Source: Acidobacteriota bacterium
GTDB taxonomy: Bacteria > Acidobacteriota > Thermoanaerobaculia > Multivoradales > UBA5704
Length of the DNA: 64,000 nucleotides
Direction: 5' to 3'
NCBI GenBank assembly: GCA_040005235.1
Contig: JBDTZG010000011.1
Location: 32,001 to 96,000 of the forward strand
Numbering within the stretch: the stretch's first letter is position 1; each line of letters starts with the position of its first letter. The notes under the pieces were generated by a model. It was not told the DNA's origin. It was given only the letters and a program-made list of their open reading frames with translations, and did no database searches. Of this stretch, positions 10,701 through 17,988 are shown one piece after another. The position numbers were made by a program, and so were the translations under genes.

Positions 10701-11301
10701 TCCCCCACTCCCCCCTCACACCCCAAACCTCCCCGATTCGCAACAGCATCCATGTTTTCAAGTCCCGCGCATCGCTCTCCGGAACGGCATCGACCAGGGA
10801 ACGCCAGGTGGCCGCCGCCGCTTCCAGATCACCACCGTCCAGCTGCGCTTTGCCCCGCTCGTAGATCTCCTCCAACTCTGGCGCCAACACAGGACGCACC
10901 TTGGCCTCCCAGAGCCCCGGCTCGACGGTGAACTCCTTCGCCTCCTCGCCACGTCGTCCGGTGAGCACTACCGTGCCCCGCGGCGCCTGCTCGATCAGTA
11001 GCTCTTCCCAATCGAAGTAGCCCGCAAGAACGCCCTCCGCCGGCTCCGGGTTCGCAGGTGGGGCGGGAAGGCGCTTCCAGGAGAGGAGCACATCTCCGGC
11101 CTGCACACCCGCCTTCTCGAGCGTCCACCCACCCAACGACTCCACAACTACACCGGTGAGTTCCTCCGCCGTCGGGCTAGGTGATGCTTCGGGCGCCGCC
11201 AGTTCCTTCTGAACCGGTTGCGGGCTAGGGAACAGGAGGCAGGGGAAGAGCAGGGATGCAGCCAGGGCACGAGGAGACGAACCGCGGATCAACATGGGCA
11301 T
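7744..11301 (-). CDS. Signal-peptide PDZ-like/TPR/CHAT (caspase-like) protease
   Basis: CHAT motifs LLILPDGPLHALPF, ILHFAAH (His), VVLSACES (Cys), GLTRAFQYAGARSVMASLWNV.D, PYYWAAF; many TPRs. Start re-set to ATG 11301 with AGGAGG RBS, followed by a hydrophobic signal-like segment. Confidence 0.93.
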   Translation of the reverse strand: MPMLIRGSSPRALAASLLFPCLLFPSPQPVQKELAAPEASPSPTAEELTGVVVESLGGWTLEKAGVQAGDVLLSWKRLPAPPANPEPAEGVLAGYFDWEELLIEQAPRGTVVLTGRRGEEAKEFTVEPGLWEAKVRPVLAPELEEIYERGKAQLDGGDLEAAAATWRSLVDAVPESDARDLKTWMLLRIGEVWGVRGEWGKAAQLAQEGVERAESVTARLVGWGARGEASEQLSEYEAARAAYSFALRTQQEVTGGSLGVANSLNNLAVVAWATGRFDRAKYYFLEALRIQEQLAPRSLELAGSLGNLAVLSQSQGDLERARNYYLRSLEIKQQRAPKSLSVANNFIGLGAISWARGELPLARDYYASALEIISALAPRSLQLAGLLNNLGTAASDLGELDQAHRYHSEALRVEQDLSPQGREMATTLNNLGVVSRKRGDFSRAQDYLLSALRLEELISPKGTNSAVSLSNLGSIALSQDDLATARAYYAQALRLEDLSTESLEIATCLDSLGIIAQRLGEWRTAADFHERALQLRERLAPSSLDVAPSLFNLGLVESAQGNLSRAEALYLRALQIQEREAPRSLLTAPTLRNLAVVTRAQGRVELARSYFLRALEALDHQLTRLGGSYSVEAGFQSQHRSYYFDFLDLLLTQNQKVEAFQTLERYRAQTFLGMLSERDIAFSGDIPEELDRERRRVGVLYDRTLRKLAGLNLRDHEKEVKEARIELRRLDDEAGDIEVEIRKASPRLAALRYPEPLDAERARLALDPGTLLLSWSVGKDKSALFTLGHDAALEVYNIPLGEEALRAKVQHLLTILPEARGDSAVAALRRNQLTAASRELFDLLLAPAAERIAASERLLILPDGPLHALPFGALIHRATSAEGEQDQFFAAWKPLHVALSATVFAELKNRRRGPPDSGVGAEAPPLLAAFGDPVYPQHLAALKDVPVETVLAAAAPQSDRIDPTVRGAAERGLFDFQPLPYTRREVEGIASLFPAGTTRTFLGAEALEDRVKTLDPKTRILHFAAHAGIDEHLPSGSFIALTVPAETPEVESQPTHDNGLLQVWEIVERVRIDADLVVLSACESGLGKELGGEGLIGLTRAFQYAGARSVMASLWNVNDQATAELMIRFYRHLRAGKTKDEALRAAQRELIEAPIEIVDEKGEKHPFDASAPYYWAAFQVYGDWQ

Positions 11302-11464
11302 GGTCCTCCTGAGGAACAAAACGCGACGAAGAGCGGCCCCGTGGCCCACACGGTTCGAAATGGTCCACCCGGCCTCGAAAGAGCGCTTTTCCCTACGAGC
11401 CCAGATGACCTGCCGGGCTCGACCGTCAAGCGACGGTTCTTGCAAACTCTCACCGGAGGCTTTC

Positions 11465-12388
11465 ATGAAGCTGCACAAACTCCTCGCCCCTGCTCTCCTG
11501 CTTCTCGCCAGCGCTTCACCGCCCCTTGTCGCCCAAGCCGGCCATTCCCTCGACGCTGTCGATGGCAGCCCGGTCGATGCCGTCTTTGTGGACGCAAATG
11601 GAAACGTCGGTATCGGCACCCTCACCCCGGCACAGCCCCTCACGGTCGCCGGTGCTGTTCAGTCCACGGCGGGTGGGTTCATATTCCCCGACGGCACCAC
11701 GCAGTCCACAGCCTCGAACGGCGCGACAGGGGTGGCCGGTGGCGACCTCACGGGGACTTACCCCTACCCCACGATCCAGCTCAATCGCCACGTTCACAAG
11801 CTGGCGGGCTTCCAGGGGGACGTGCTTCTATATGGGGGAGCCGGCATATCGGTCACCTCAGGCGCGCAGGGGCCGATGATCACCGCGCGGCCGCCGGCCC
11901 TGCGATCTTGGAGCGTGCCCGTCTCCAGCCTCGCGCCCGTCCAGCTCGGAGCCGGGGGCCAGGGCGTCTTCTTGGCGCCCAGCTTTCCCATTCCAGTGCC
12001 CGTGTACTACTTCAATGAAGTCAATCCGGGTAGCACCTGGACCGCGGGCATCACCGCTCTTCCCAAGAACGGAGAGGTCGACAATCCGACCCTGACCATG
12101 GAGCTCTTCTGGATGACCAGCGTGGATGGCGGCGATGTGCGCTGGTGGGTGGACTACTCGGCGCGCGCAGAGCTGGCGAAAATGAATCTCGACGCCAGCG
12201 TGCAAGTCACGACGCCGGTCAGCAGCACCGGCAACGACCGCATCTACAAAACCACCATTCCGATCACAACGGGCTTTACCCCGAGTGATGAGCTTCTCGC
12301 CTTCAGTATCGGGCGCCAGAGTGGCTTCGACACCAATACCGGCAAGGTGGCCTTGCTGCAAATTCGGTTCACGTACAAGGCGCCTTGA
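11465..12388 (+). CDS. Secreted protein with tail-fibre-like GNVGIGT motif
   Basis: ATG 11465 after GGAGG; signal MKLHKLLAPALLLLASA; VFVDANGNVGIGTLTPAQPLTVAG..GFIFPDGTTQSTA and GDLTGTYP motifs typical of fibre/adhesin-like proteins. Confidence 0.7.
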   Translation: MKLHKLLAPALLLLASASPPLVAQAGHSLDAVDGSPVDAVFVDANGNVGIGTLTPAQPLTVAGAVQSTAGGFIFPDGTTQSTASNGATGVAGGDLTGTYPYPTIQLNRHVHKLAGFQGDVLLYGGAGISVTSGAQGPMITARPPALRSWSVPVSSLAPVQLGAGGQGVFLAPSFPIPVPVYYFNEVNPGSTWTAGITALPKNGEVDNPTLTMELFWMTSVDGGDVRWWVDYSARAELAKMNLDASVQVTTPVSSTGNDRIYKTTIPITTGFTPSDELLAFSIGRQSGFDTNTGKVALLQIRFTYKAP

Positions 12389-12511
12389 GTCCAGCACCTC
12401 CAGCGCTCGGCCGGAGAACGACCTTCACCGTGGGAGTCAGCAAATCATCTGGTTCGAATGCCGCGAGCGCCATTCTCGACGCTCGCGGCGGGACTGGAGG
12501 GTGGGCGGTAC

Positions 12512-12913
12512 TTACGCCGCCTTCGGAGCTTCCGCCGCCGCCCGGGCGGTGGTGACCGCCTGGTTGGCTTCGTTGCGTACCTTCAAGGCGGTCCTCTTCC
12601 GGGAGCGCACCTGGGGCCGGACACCGAACTGAATCAACCGTTCGTTGTCAAAACCGTAGTGCGCTTGAAGAATCGCGGCCAACTCGCGACGGATTCTCCG
12701 GCTTTCGTCGGTCAGCTCACGGCGACGTGCGGTTGCATCACGCAACTGACCGCGCAACATCTCCTCGTTGTCGTCGAACTGTTTGGCGCGGAACAGCAGG
12801 TCGGTCAAGGCCGTGTGCTTGTCCTTGCTCTGGGGCAGCTCTTCCAAAACCGACGTGAGGTTTGCGACCAACAGCTCCATGCGGCGAATGTTCTCGGCAA
12901 ACGATGAAGGCAT
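12512..12913 (-). CDS. Hypothetical alpha-helical protein (133 aa) with basic C-terminal tail
   Basis: ATG 12913 with GGAGG at 12919-12923; amphipathic helices; YGFDNERLIQFGVRP followed by RSRKRTALK. The longer track ORF extends into the non-coding repeat array. Confidence 0.75.
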   Translation of the reverse strand: MPSSFAENIRRMELLVANLTSVLEELPQSKDKHTALTDLLFRAKQFDDNEEMLRGQLRDATARRRELTDESRRIRRELAAILQAHYGFDNERLIQFGVRPQVRSRKRTALKVRNEANQAVTTARAAAEAPKAA

Positions 12914-12992
12914 AGGCACCTCCGGGGGGCAACGGCCGACCGGCATGGTCGAGCCGACTAAAAACTGCTGAGCGAGGGGATGCGGCTTAGTA

Positions 12993-13244
12993 GGGAATGC
13001 CTCTTTGAGCCGGCGGGAAGGGCATTCCCGGATGGCGGGAAGGCCCCTCCCTGGGGCAGGGAAGGCCCTTCCCAGCGACGGGGAATGCCCCTCCTTGGGC
13101 AAGGAAGGCCCTCCCGAGAAGCAGGGAAGGGCCTTCCCGAGGGCGAGGAAGGGCCTCCCCGGGTGATGGGAATGGCCTTCCCGCCGCCGGGAATGGCCTT
13201 CCTCGCAGCAGGAATGGCCTTCCTGGCGATAGGAATGGCCCTTA
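12993..13244. repeat. Array of 12 palindromic GGAA(T/G)GGCCTTCC-like cores with 8-9 nt variable spacers, period 21-22 bp
   Basis: GGAA starts at 12994, 13016, 13038, 13060, 13082, 13103, 13125, 13147, 13169, 13190, 13211 and 13232. Confidence 0.9.
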
Positions 13245-13313
13245 GGCTCAAGTTGCGGAGCGCAGAGCACGCCTTTATTGTGTTGGGCTACTTTCCGTGG
13301 TCTCACGCGGCGA

Positions 13314-13342
13314 AGACTAGGCGGAGACCTGCGTCCTGTCAA
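13314..13342 (-). promoter_or_regulatory. Putative sigma70 promoter TTGACA-N17-TAGTCT pointing into the repeat array
   Basis: Minus strand: TTGACA 13342-13337, 17-nt spacer, TAGTCT 13319-13314. Confidence 0.55.
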
Positions 13343-13398
13343 GCCATCGGACAAAAAAGTTGACTGGGGCTGTAGAACGAGGCTTCAGCGCTGCCGAA

Positions 13399-14301
13399 TC
13401 AAGCAAGCCAAAGCGCCGCCACCATCGCCACCCCTATGACGGCGTAAAGCGCCCGATACCGTGTCTGGAGCCGGCAGGTGCTCGCGTAGGTCAGGCCCTC
13501 GGCCAGGGCTTTAAGCGACCAGCGGAGGTGAAAGGGGTACAGGAGCATCAGGGCCGCGAGAGGACGGGGAAGGATGCCCTCGAAGGCCAGGAAGACGAGC
13601 AGCATGTAGGCCAGGGTGAAGAGAGCCAGGCTGGCGACGAAGGTGCGGCGTCGGCCGAAGATCACCGCGTTGGTTCGCACGGCATTGAGGACGTCGCCCT
13701 GGTGGTCGCGGATCTCTTGGATCAGGTGGCCGGCGGCGAAGGTCAGGCCGAAGAAGGCGGCCAGGGCGAGGCCGCGGGAGTCGATCGTTCCTCCCAGAGA
13801 GTAGCCGAGGAGAAAATGGAGCGCGCCGCCGGTCAGGTGGGCCGCGGAGCTCAAGAGCGGTTTGCCCTTCCAATCGAATCGAGGCAGGGAGTAGAGGGCG
13901 CTCAAAGCGGCGATCGCCAGGGACAGGAAGAGGGGAGTCGGTCCAAGCTGGCTGAAGAGGAAGAGACTTGAGCCCAGCAAGATGGCCATCAAAGCGCCGA
14001 TCTCGTGACGGCCGACTCCCCGCGCCGTGAAGACTCCCGCGGCCTTGTTGGGGTCGGCCAGATCGGTGGCGAGGCCGGACCAGTCGTTGAGCAGGAAGAT
14101 ATGCGCCACCAAAAGGAGGTTGGCGACGACGAGAAGGGCCAGGGGCGCCAGGTTTGCCGCCGTCGGGTGCCGGATCGCGAAAGCGGCACCCAGTAGCGGC
14201 GAACCTTGAAGAACGAGGATTTCCGGCAGGCGCAGGCAGGACAGGTAGCGTGCCGCGGAAGCTTTCGGGTTAGGGACGACTTGAGTGGGAATATTGATCA
14301 T
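13399..14301 (-). CDS. UbiA-family prenyltransferase
   Basis: Multi-pass hydrophobic protein with NDWSGLATDLADPNK and QEIRDHQGD acidic motifs and YSLPRFDWK (UbiA YSxP..K-like). Confidence 0.85.
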   Translation of the reverse strand: MINIPTQVVPNPKASAARYLSCLRLPEILVLQGSPLLGAAFAIRHPTAANLAPLALLVVANLLLVAHIFLLNDWSGLATDLADPNKAAGVFTARGVGRHEIGALMAILLGSSLFLFSQLGPTPLFLSLAIAALSALYSLPRFDWKGKPLLSSAAHLTGGALHFLLGYSLGGTIDSRGLALAAFFGLTFAAGHLIQEIRDHQGDVLNAVRTNAVIFGRRRTFVASLALFTLAYMLLVFLAFEGILPRPLAALMLLYPFHLRWSLKALAEGLTYASTCRLQTRYRALYAVIGVAMVAALWLA

Positions 14302-16981
14302 AGAGCCTTAGCCAAAGCGCGTAACCGACGTCTTCCGACCAGTAATAGCGGGAGACCGTCGCGGTGAGATCGTTGTGGTAAAGAAGCGGCGGAGCCTTCC
14401 GCAATAGAGCAAAATCGTCCTTGGAGACCTGACGCAAAATCGACTCGATCCGTGCCGCTTCGGCCGACGGACCGCCAGTTCGTCCGCCGCGCCCCAGAGA
14501 TCGGACGGTAGAAACCCAGATCTCCTGGTCCGGCACCGACGTACGCATCCGGGATTCGGGCAGCTCGATCTTGCAGCCGGCGCGCTCCAGGTCGGTCAAG
14601 CGCAAGATCGGTATCAGCGGCGCCTTTGAATAATAGACCCAGATTCGATCTTGATCAATCACCGTCCGGAGCGCCTTGCAGAGCGCGCGGCCGGCCGGCG
14701 GCTGCGCCTTGGACAGCAGCAGCAGCAAGTGCATCTGAATGGCGATGTCGGCGGGGTTGGGATCCTTGCCCGGATCCAGGCACTGGTAGGCCTCCCGCGG
14801 GGCGAGCCAGGTGCGGTAGAGCCCCTCGGGGGTGCGATATTGGGCGAGGGTGGCGAGAGCGGCCGAAAGACGACGGCGGTCGGAGTCGGGTGCGAGCCTC
14901 CAGACGAGCGCCGTGTCGTCGGAATCCGGCGTGATGGGGCACCCGAGGGTGCCGATTCCCGGGGCGTCCGGCAGGCCGTGGTATCGCACGAGGCCCCCGG
15001 CTTCGATCTGGCGGGTGAGGTGCCGCCGGGCGCGCTCCAAGCTCTCTCCGAGACCACCAGAGGTCGCCAGCGGATCGAGCAGCTCGACCAGGAGAGAGGT
15101 GAGGAAGGTGTTCATCTCGGGGTGCGGGTCTTCGAAGCGGGCCGCCTTCGTGTAGGAGGTCAGCCAGTACCCCGGCTCTTGCTGGTGCTCGCGAACCCTC
15201 GCCGCCGCCGTCTTCGCGAGATCCGCGAGGTCCCCGCCTTCGAGCGGCGTCGCCTTTCCTCCCTCTCGCTGGCCGGAAGGTTGGCCGGAAAGCTGCCCGA
15301 TGCGGCCCGGCGGATTCTTGCCGCCCGGCGCGGCTGCTGCCTGTACGGTCAGCTTGCGCTCTCCCAGGTAATACCCCTCGCCGCTGCCGGAGGCCCAGGC
15401 GAAGGCGGTCAAGTGGTGCTCGCCGGAAGACAGGCCGGACGTATCGAGTGGGATGCGCCAGCCGGCGGGACTTGACGCGCGCTGCGCGGCGCGGAGGTCG
15501 GGCCGGTCGAAGAAGGCGCGGGAGGCGACGAGCGGCTGGCCATCGAACGAGACGGCCACCTGCTTGGGCGTCGCCGAGCCGGCCAGCGCCCAACCGACGG
15601 CGACGATCTCCTGGCCGGCGGTGATGGCGGCCGTCGCCCGGCCTCCCGTCTCGATCGCTTCGAGATCGCCTCCCATTTCGATCCATAGCTCCGCCGGGGC
15701 AGGGCCATGCCGCAAGGCGGCGACGAACGGCGCGTTTCGCCAGTCCCACGCGGAGGCAATCAAACCGTCCGTCGCGCTGATGTACCAGAAGGCCCCAATG
15801 ATTTCGATGGCGACCGCCAAGCCCACCGCGACCCCGAACAAGATCCGGCCGAGTACGCGCAACGAGGTGACGACCGGTACCAGCATCCAAAAGAGCATCG
15901 GCAGGAAGTCGGTGAGATAGCGCGAGCCCCAGTAGATGCCGGTCCGCCAGTCGGTTTTGGCGTAGAGCAGGATCTGGAGGACGACGGCGATTCGGAGCGC
16001 CAGGGCGAGGCCGCGGTCTTCCGGCGGCAGCCGCCAGGCCAGGACGAGGAAGAGCAGGAAGGGCGAGAAGATGAACAGCCCCCGCGTCGGGCTGAACAGC
16101 AATCCGCCGAGACCGGACCCCAGGTCATGGCGAAAAAAGGCGGCCCTGCCCATTCTGCCGTACGCCCCGGCGAAGTTGTGGGCCACGCCGAGGTTATAAA
16201 GAAGCACCAGCCCCATCGGCAGCGCCGCGGCGGCGACGAGCAGCACCGCTTTGCGTCCGGCCCAGAACAGACCGTAAGCACCCAGCGCCGCCGCGAGGAG
16301 GGCGTCGGGAGGGCGGTTTCCGGCGAGGAGCCCGCACAGCAAACCCACCGCCAGCACCCGCGGCCAGGTGGCCGGCCCGGTGAGAAGCAGCAGCGCGCCG
16401 ACCACCAGAAGCTCGGCCATCCCATGCTGCCAGAGGGCCTGGCTGCCGATCATCCAGGTGGTGGTGCCAAAGGCATAGGCCAGGGTGAGGAGCACCGCGA
16501 TCGAAACCGAGGCCCGGCGCCGCAGAAGCAGGTAGAGGAGCGACGCGGAGAGCGCCGCCACGAACGAGGCGCAGAGCTTCTCCATCACCCGGGCCACGTG
16601 GTCCAGACGCGCATCCGTCCAGCCTTTCAGGTTCAGGTAGCCGACCGCGGGAAGGTAGAGCGGCGCAAGAAGCACCGGCAGCACCACAGGATAGAGCGAG
16701 ATCGTAGGGCCTCCGGGCAACGGCACCATCCAGAACGGCGCATCGCCTCGGCCCTGGGCCGTGAGCCGAACGATCGGATCGAGAAGAACGCTGTGATTGC
16801 GCCAGATCGAGAACGGCAGGTAGCGCGCGGGGTAGGTGTCGCCGGCACTGATCGCCCGCCCGTTGGCGTTGTAGACCAGCAGACAGCAGAGCCCGATGAG
16901 CAGGCTCGCCCACAGATCACGAGACCGCTTTGTCGACGTCGGGTCCACCTGGATGCGAGTCAATGCACTACCCCCGGACAT
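14270..16981 (-). CDS. Fusion of a GT-C-like polytopic membrane domain, an Ig-like domain and a C-terminal class II terpene-cyclase-like domain
   Basis: N-terminal TMs with GT-C-like motifs (LFSPTRGLFIFSPF, WGSRYLTDFLP); GWA...GW...LDTSGLSSGEHHL Ig-like segment; C-terminal QQEPGYW and PDSDDTA (DxDDTA). Confidence 0.65.
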   Translation of the reverse strand: MSGGSALTRIQVDPTSTKRSRDLWASLLIGLCCLLVYNANGRAISAGDTYPARYLPFSIWRNHSVLLDPIVRLTAQGRGDAPFWMVPLPGGPTISLYPVVLPVLLAPLYLPAVGYLNLKGWTDARLDHVARVMEKLCASFVAALSASLLYLLLRRRASVSIAVLLTLAYAFGTTTWMIGSQALWQHGMAELLVVGALLLLTGPATWPRVLAVGLLCGLLAGNRPPDALLAAALGAYGLFWAGRKAVLLVAAAALPMGLVLLYNLGVAHNFAGAYGRMGRAAFFRHDLGSGLGGLLFSPTRGLFIFSPFLLFLVLAWRLPPEDRGLALALRIAVVLQILLYAKTDWRTGIYWGSRYLTDFLPMLFWMLVPVVTSLRVLGRILFGVAVGLAVAIEIIGAFWYISATDGLIASAWDWRNAPFVAALRHGPAPAELWIEMGGDLEAIETGGRATAAITAGQEIVAVGWALAGSATPKQVAVSFDGQPLVASRAFFDRPDLRAAQRASSPAGWRIPLDTSGLSSGEHHLTAFAWASGSGEGYYLGERKLTVQAAAAPGGKNPPGRIGQLSGQPSGQREGGKATPLEGGDLADLAKTAAARVREHQQEPGYWLTSYTKAARFEDPHPEMNTFLTSLLVELLDPLATSGGLGESLERARRHLTRQIEAGGLVRYHGLPDAPGIGTLGCPITPDSDDTALVWRLAPDSDRRRLSAALATLAQYRTPEGLYRTWLAPREAYQCLDPGKDPNPADIAIQMHLLLLLSKAQPPAGRALCKALRTVIDQDRIWVYYSKAPLIPILRLTDLERAGCKIELPESRMRTSVPDQEIWVSTVRSLGRGGRTGGPSAEAARIESILRQVSKDDFALLRKAPPLLYHNDLTATVSRYYWSEDVGYALWLRLYDQYSHSSRP

Positions 16982-17088
16982 TCTCGCTCACCTTTTCGCG
17001 GCAGGCAGCGGCCGCGATCAGGTTTGCAAGAGCAGCGCCCGCGAGGGTTCTTGGAAAGCGGCCGGCGGTTCGACGCGGCCGGCCGCGA

Positions 17089-17760
17089 TCAATCCTCGGT
17101 GTCAGGCTCCGATCGCAGGTACTGATAGAGAGCGGCGCCGAGGATGGCTCCGACGATCGGGCCGAGCCAATAGACCCAATGCCCTCGCCAGATCCCCGCG
17201 ACCAGGGCCGGGCCGAAGGAGCGCGCCGGGTTCATCGAGGCTCCCGTCACCGGGCCGCCCCAGAGCGCGTCGAGGCCTACCGTTGCGCCGATGGCGATCG
17301 CCGCGAGCTGGCCGACCGCCCGGGTGTCGGTGGCGACCGAAACGATCACGAACATCAGCACGGCGGTCAAAAGAATTTCGATTCCGAGCGCCTGAAGGTT
17401 GGTTCCGGTGGGCAGCGTGGCACCGAGACCCGCCGTGGTTCCAAAGGCCGCCCGCAGCACCCAGGCTCCAGAGACCGCGCCGACCAGTTGGGCGAAGAGG
17501 TAGGGCAGCACATCGCGCCATTCGAAATGCCGGGTGAGCGCGAAAGCAAGCGTGACCGCCGGGTTGAAATGCGCGCCCGAGAGATGCCCGATCGCGGCGA
17601 TCATGACCAGGATGACCAAGCCGAAGCTCGCGGCGACTCCCTGGTGGCCCAAGGCGCCCGTCATCTGATTCACCACGATCGCGCCGCACCCGACCGTCAC
17701 GAGGACAAAAGTTCCGACGAACTCGGCGACCGCGCGCCGTCCTAGGGGGAGAGTGCTCAT
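17089..17760 (-). CDS. MIP-family aquaporin
   Basis: SGAHFNPAVT and GASMNPARSFGP NPA motifs; AEFVGTF. Confidence 0.95.
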   Translation of the reverse strand: MSTLPLGRRAVAEFVGTFVLVTVGCGAIVVNQMTGALGHQGVAASFGLVILVMIAAIGHLSGAHFNPAVTLAFALTRHFEWRDVLPYLFAQLVGAVSGAWVLRAAFGTTAGLGATLPTGTNLQALGIEILLTAVLMFVIVSVATDTRAVGQLAAIAIGATVGLDALWGGPVTGASMNPARSFGPALVAGIWRGHWVYWLGPIVGAILGAALYQYLRSEPDTED

Positions 17761-17988
17761 CGGTCGAATTCCGGGCGCGGACTAGAAAAAAGCCGAGGGC
17801 GCTGGACTGTATTCATCGCGACAATTTAGATGGAATCCTTCCGCCCCGGACGACCGGAAACGGAATGTCACCCGGTCGTCACCGCGGGCCGCTATCCGCG
17901 GCTCCCCTCTTCCCACGGTGCAATTTTCACCGGTCGGTCACAGATTCGTTGCATCTTCGTCGGAGCCTTCCGAGTAGGGTCCGCCGTC

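Noticed and set aside
12933-12965. Hairpin plus A-run as an intrinsic terminator between the array and the gene
   Set aside because: The U-tract precedes the hairpin on the transcribed strand, so the geometry is wrong for termination.
12993-13244. CsrB/RsmZ-like sRNA, mini-CRISPR or TIGR array
   Set aside because: The GGA motifs fall in predicted stems rather than loops, the spacers are too short for CRISPR, and there is no 36-nt dual-repeat unit or Nop-domain protein.
12914-13363. Track ORFs across the first array (12980-13363 +, 12958-13251 -, 5' extension of 12512-13354)
   Set aside because: The mixed 21/22-bp period shifts the peptide pattern between frames; the open frames are a by-product of GC-rich repeats.
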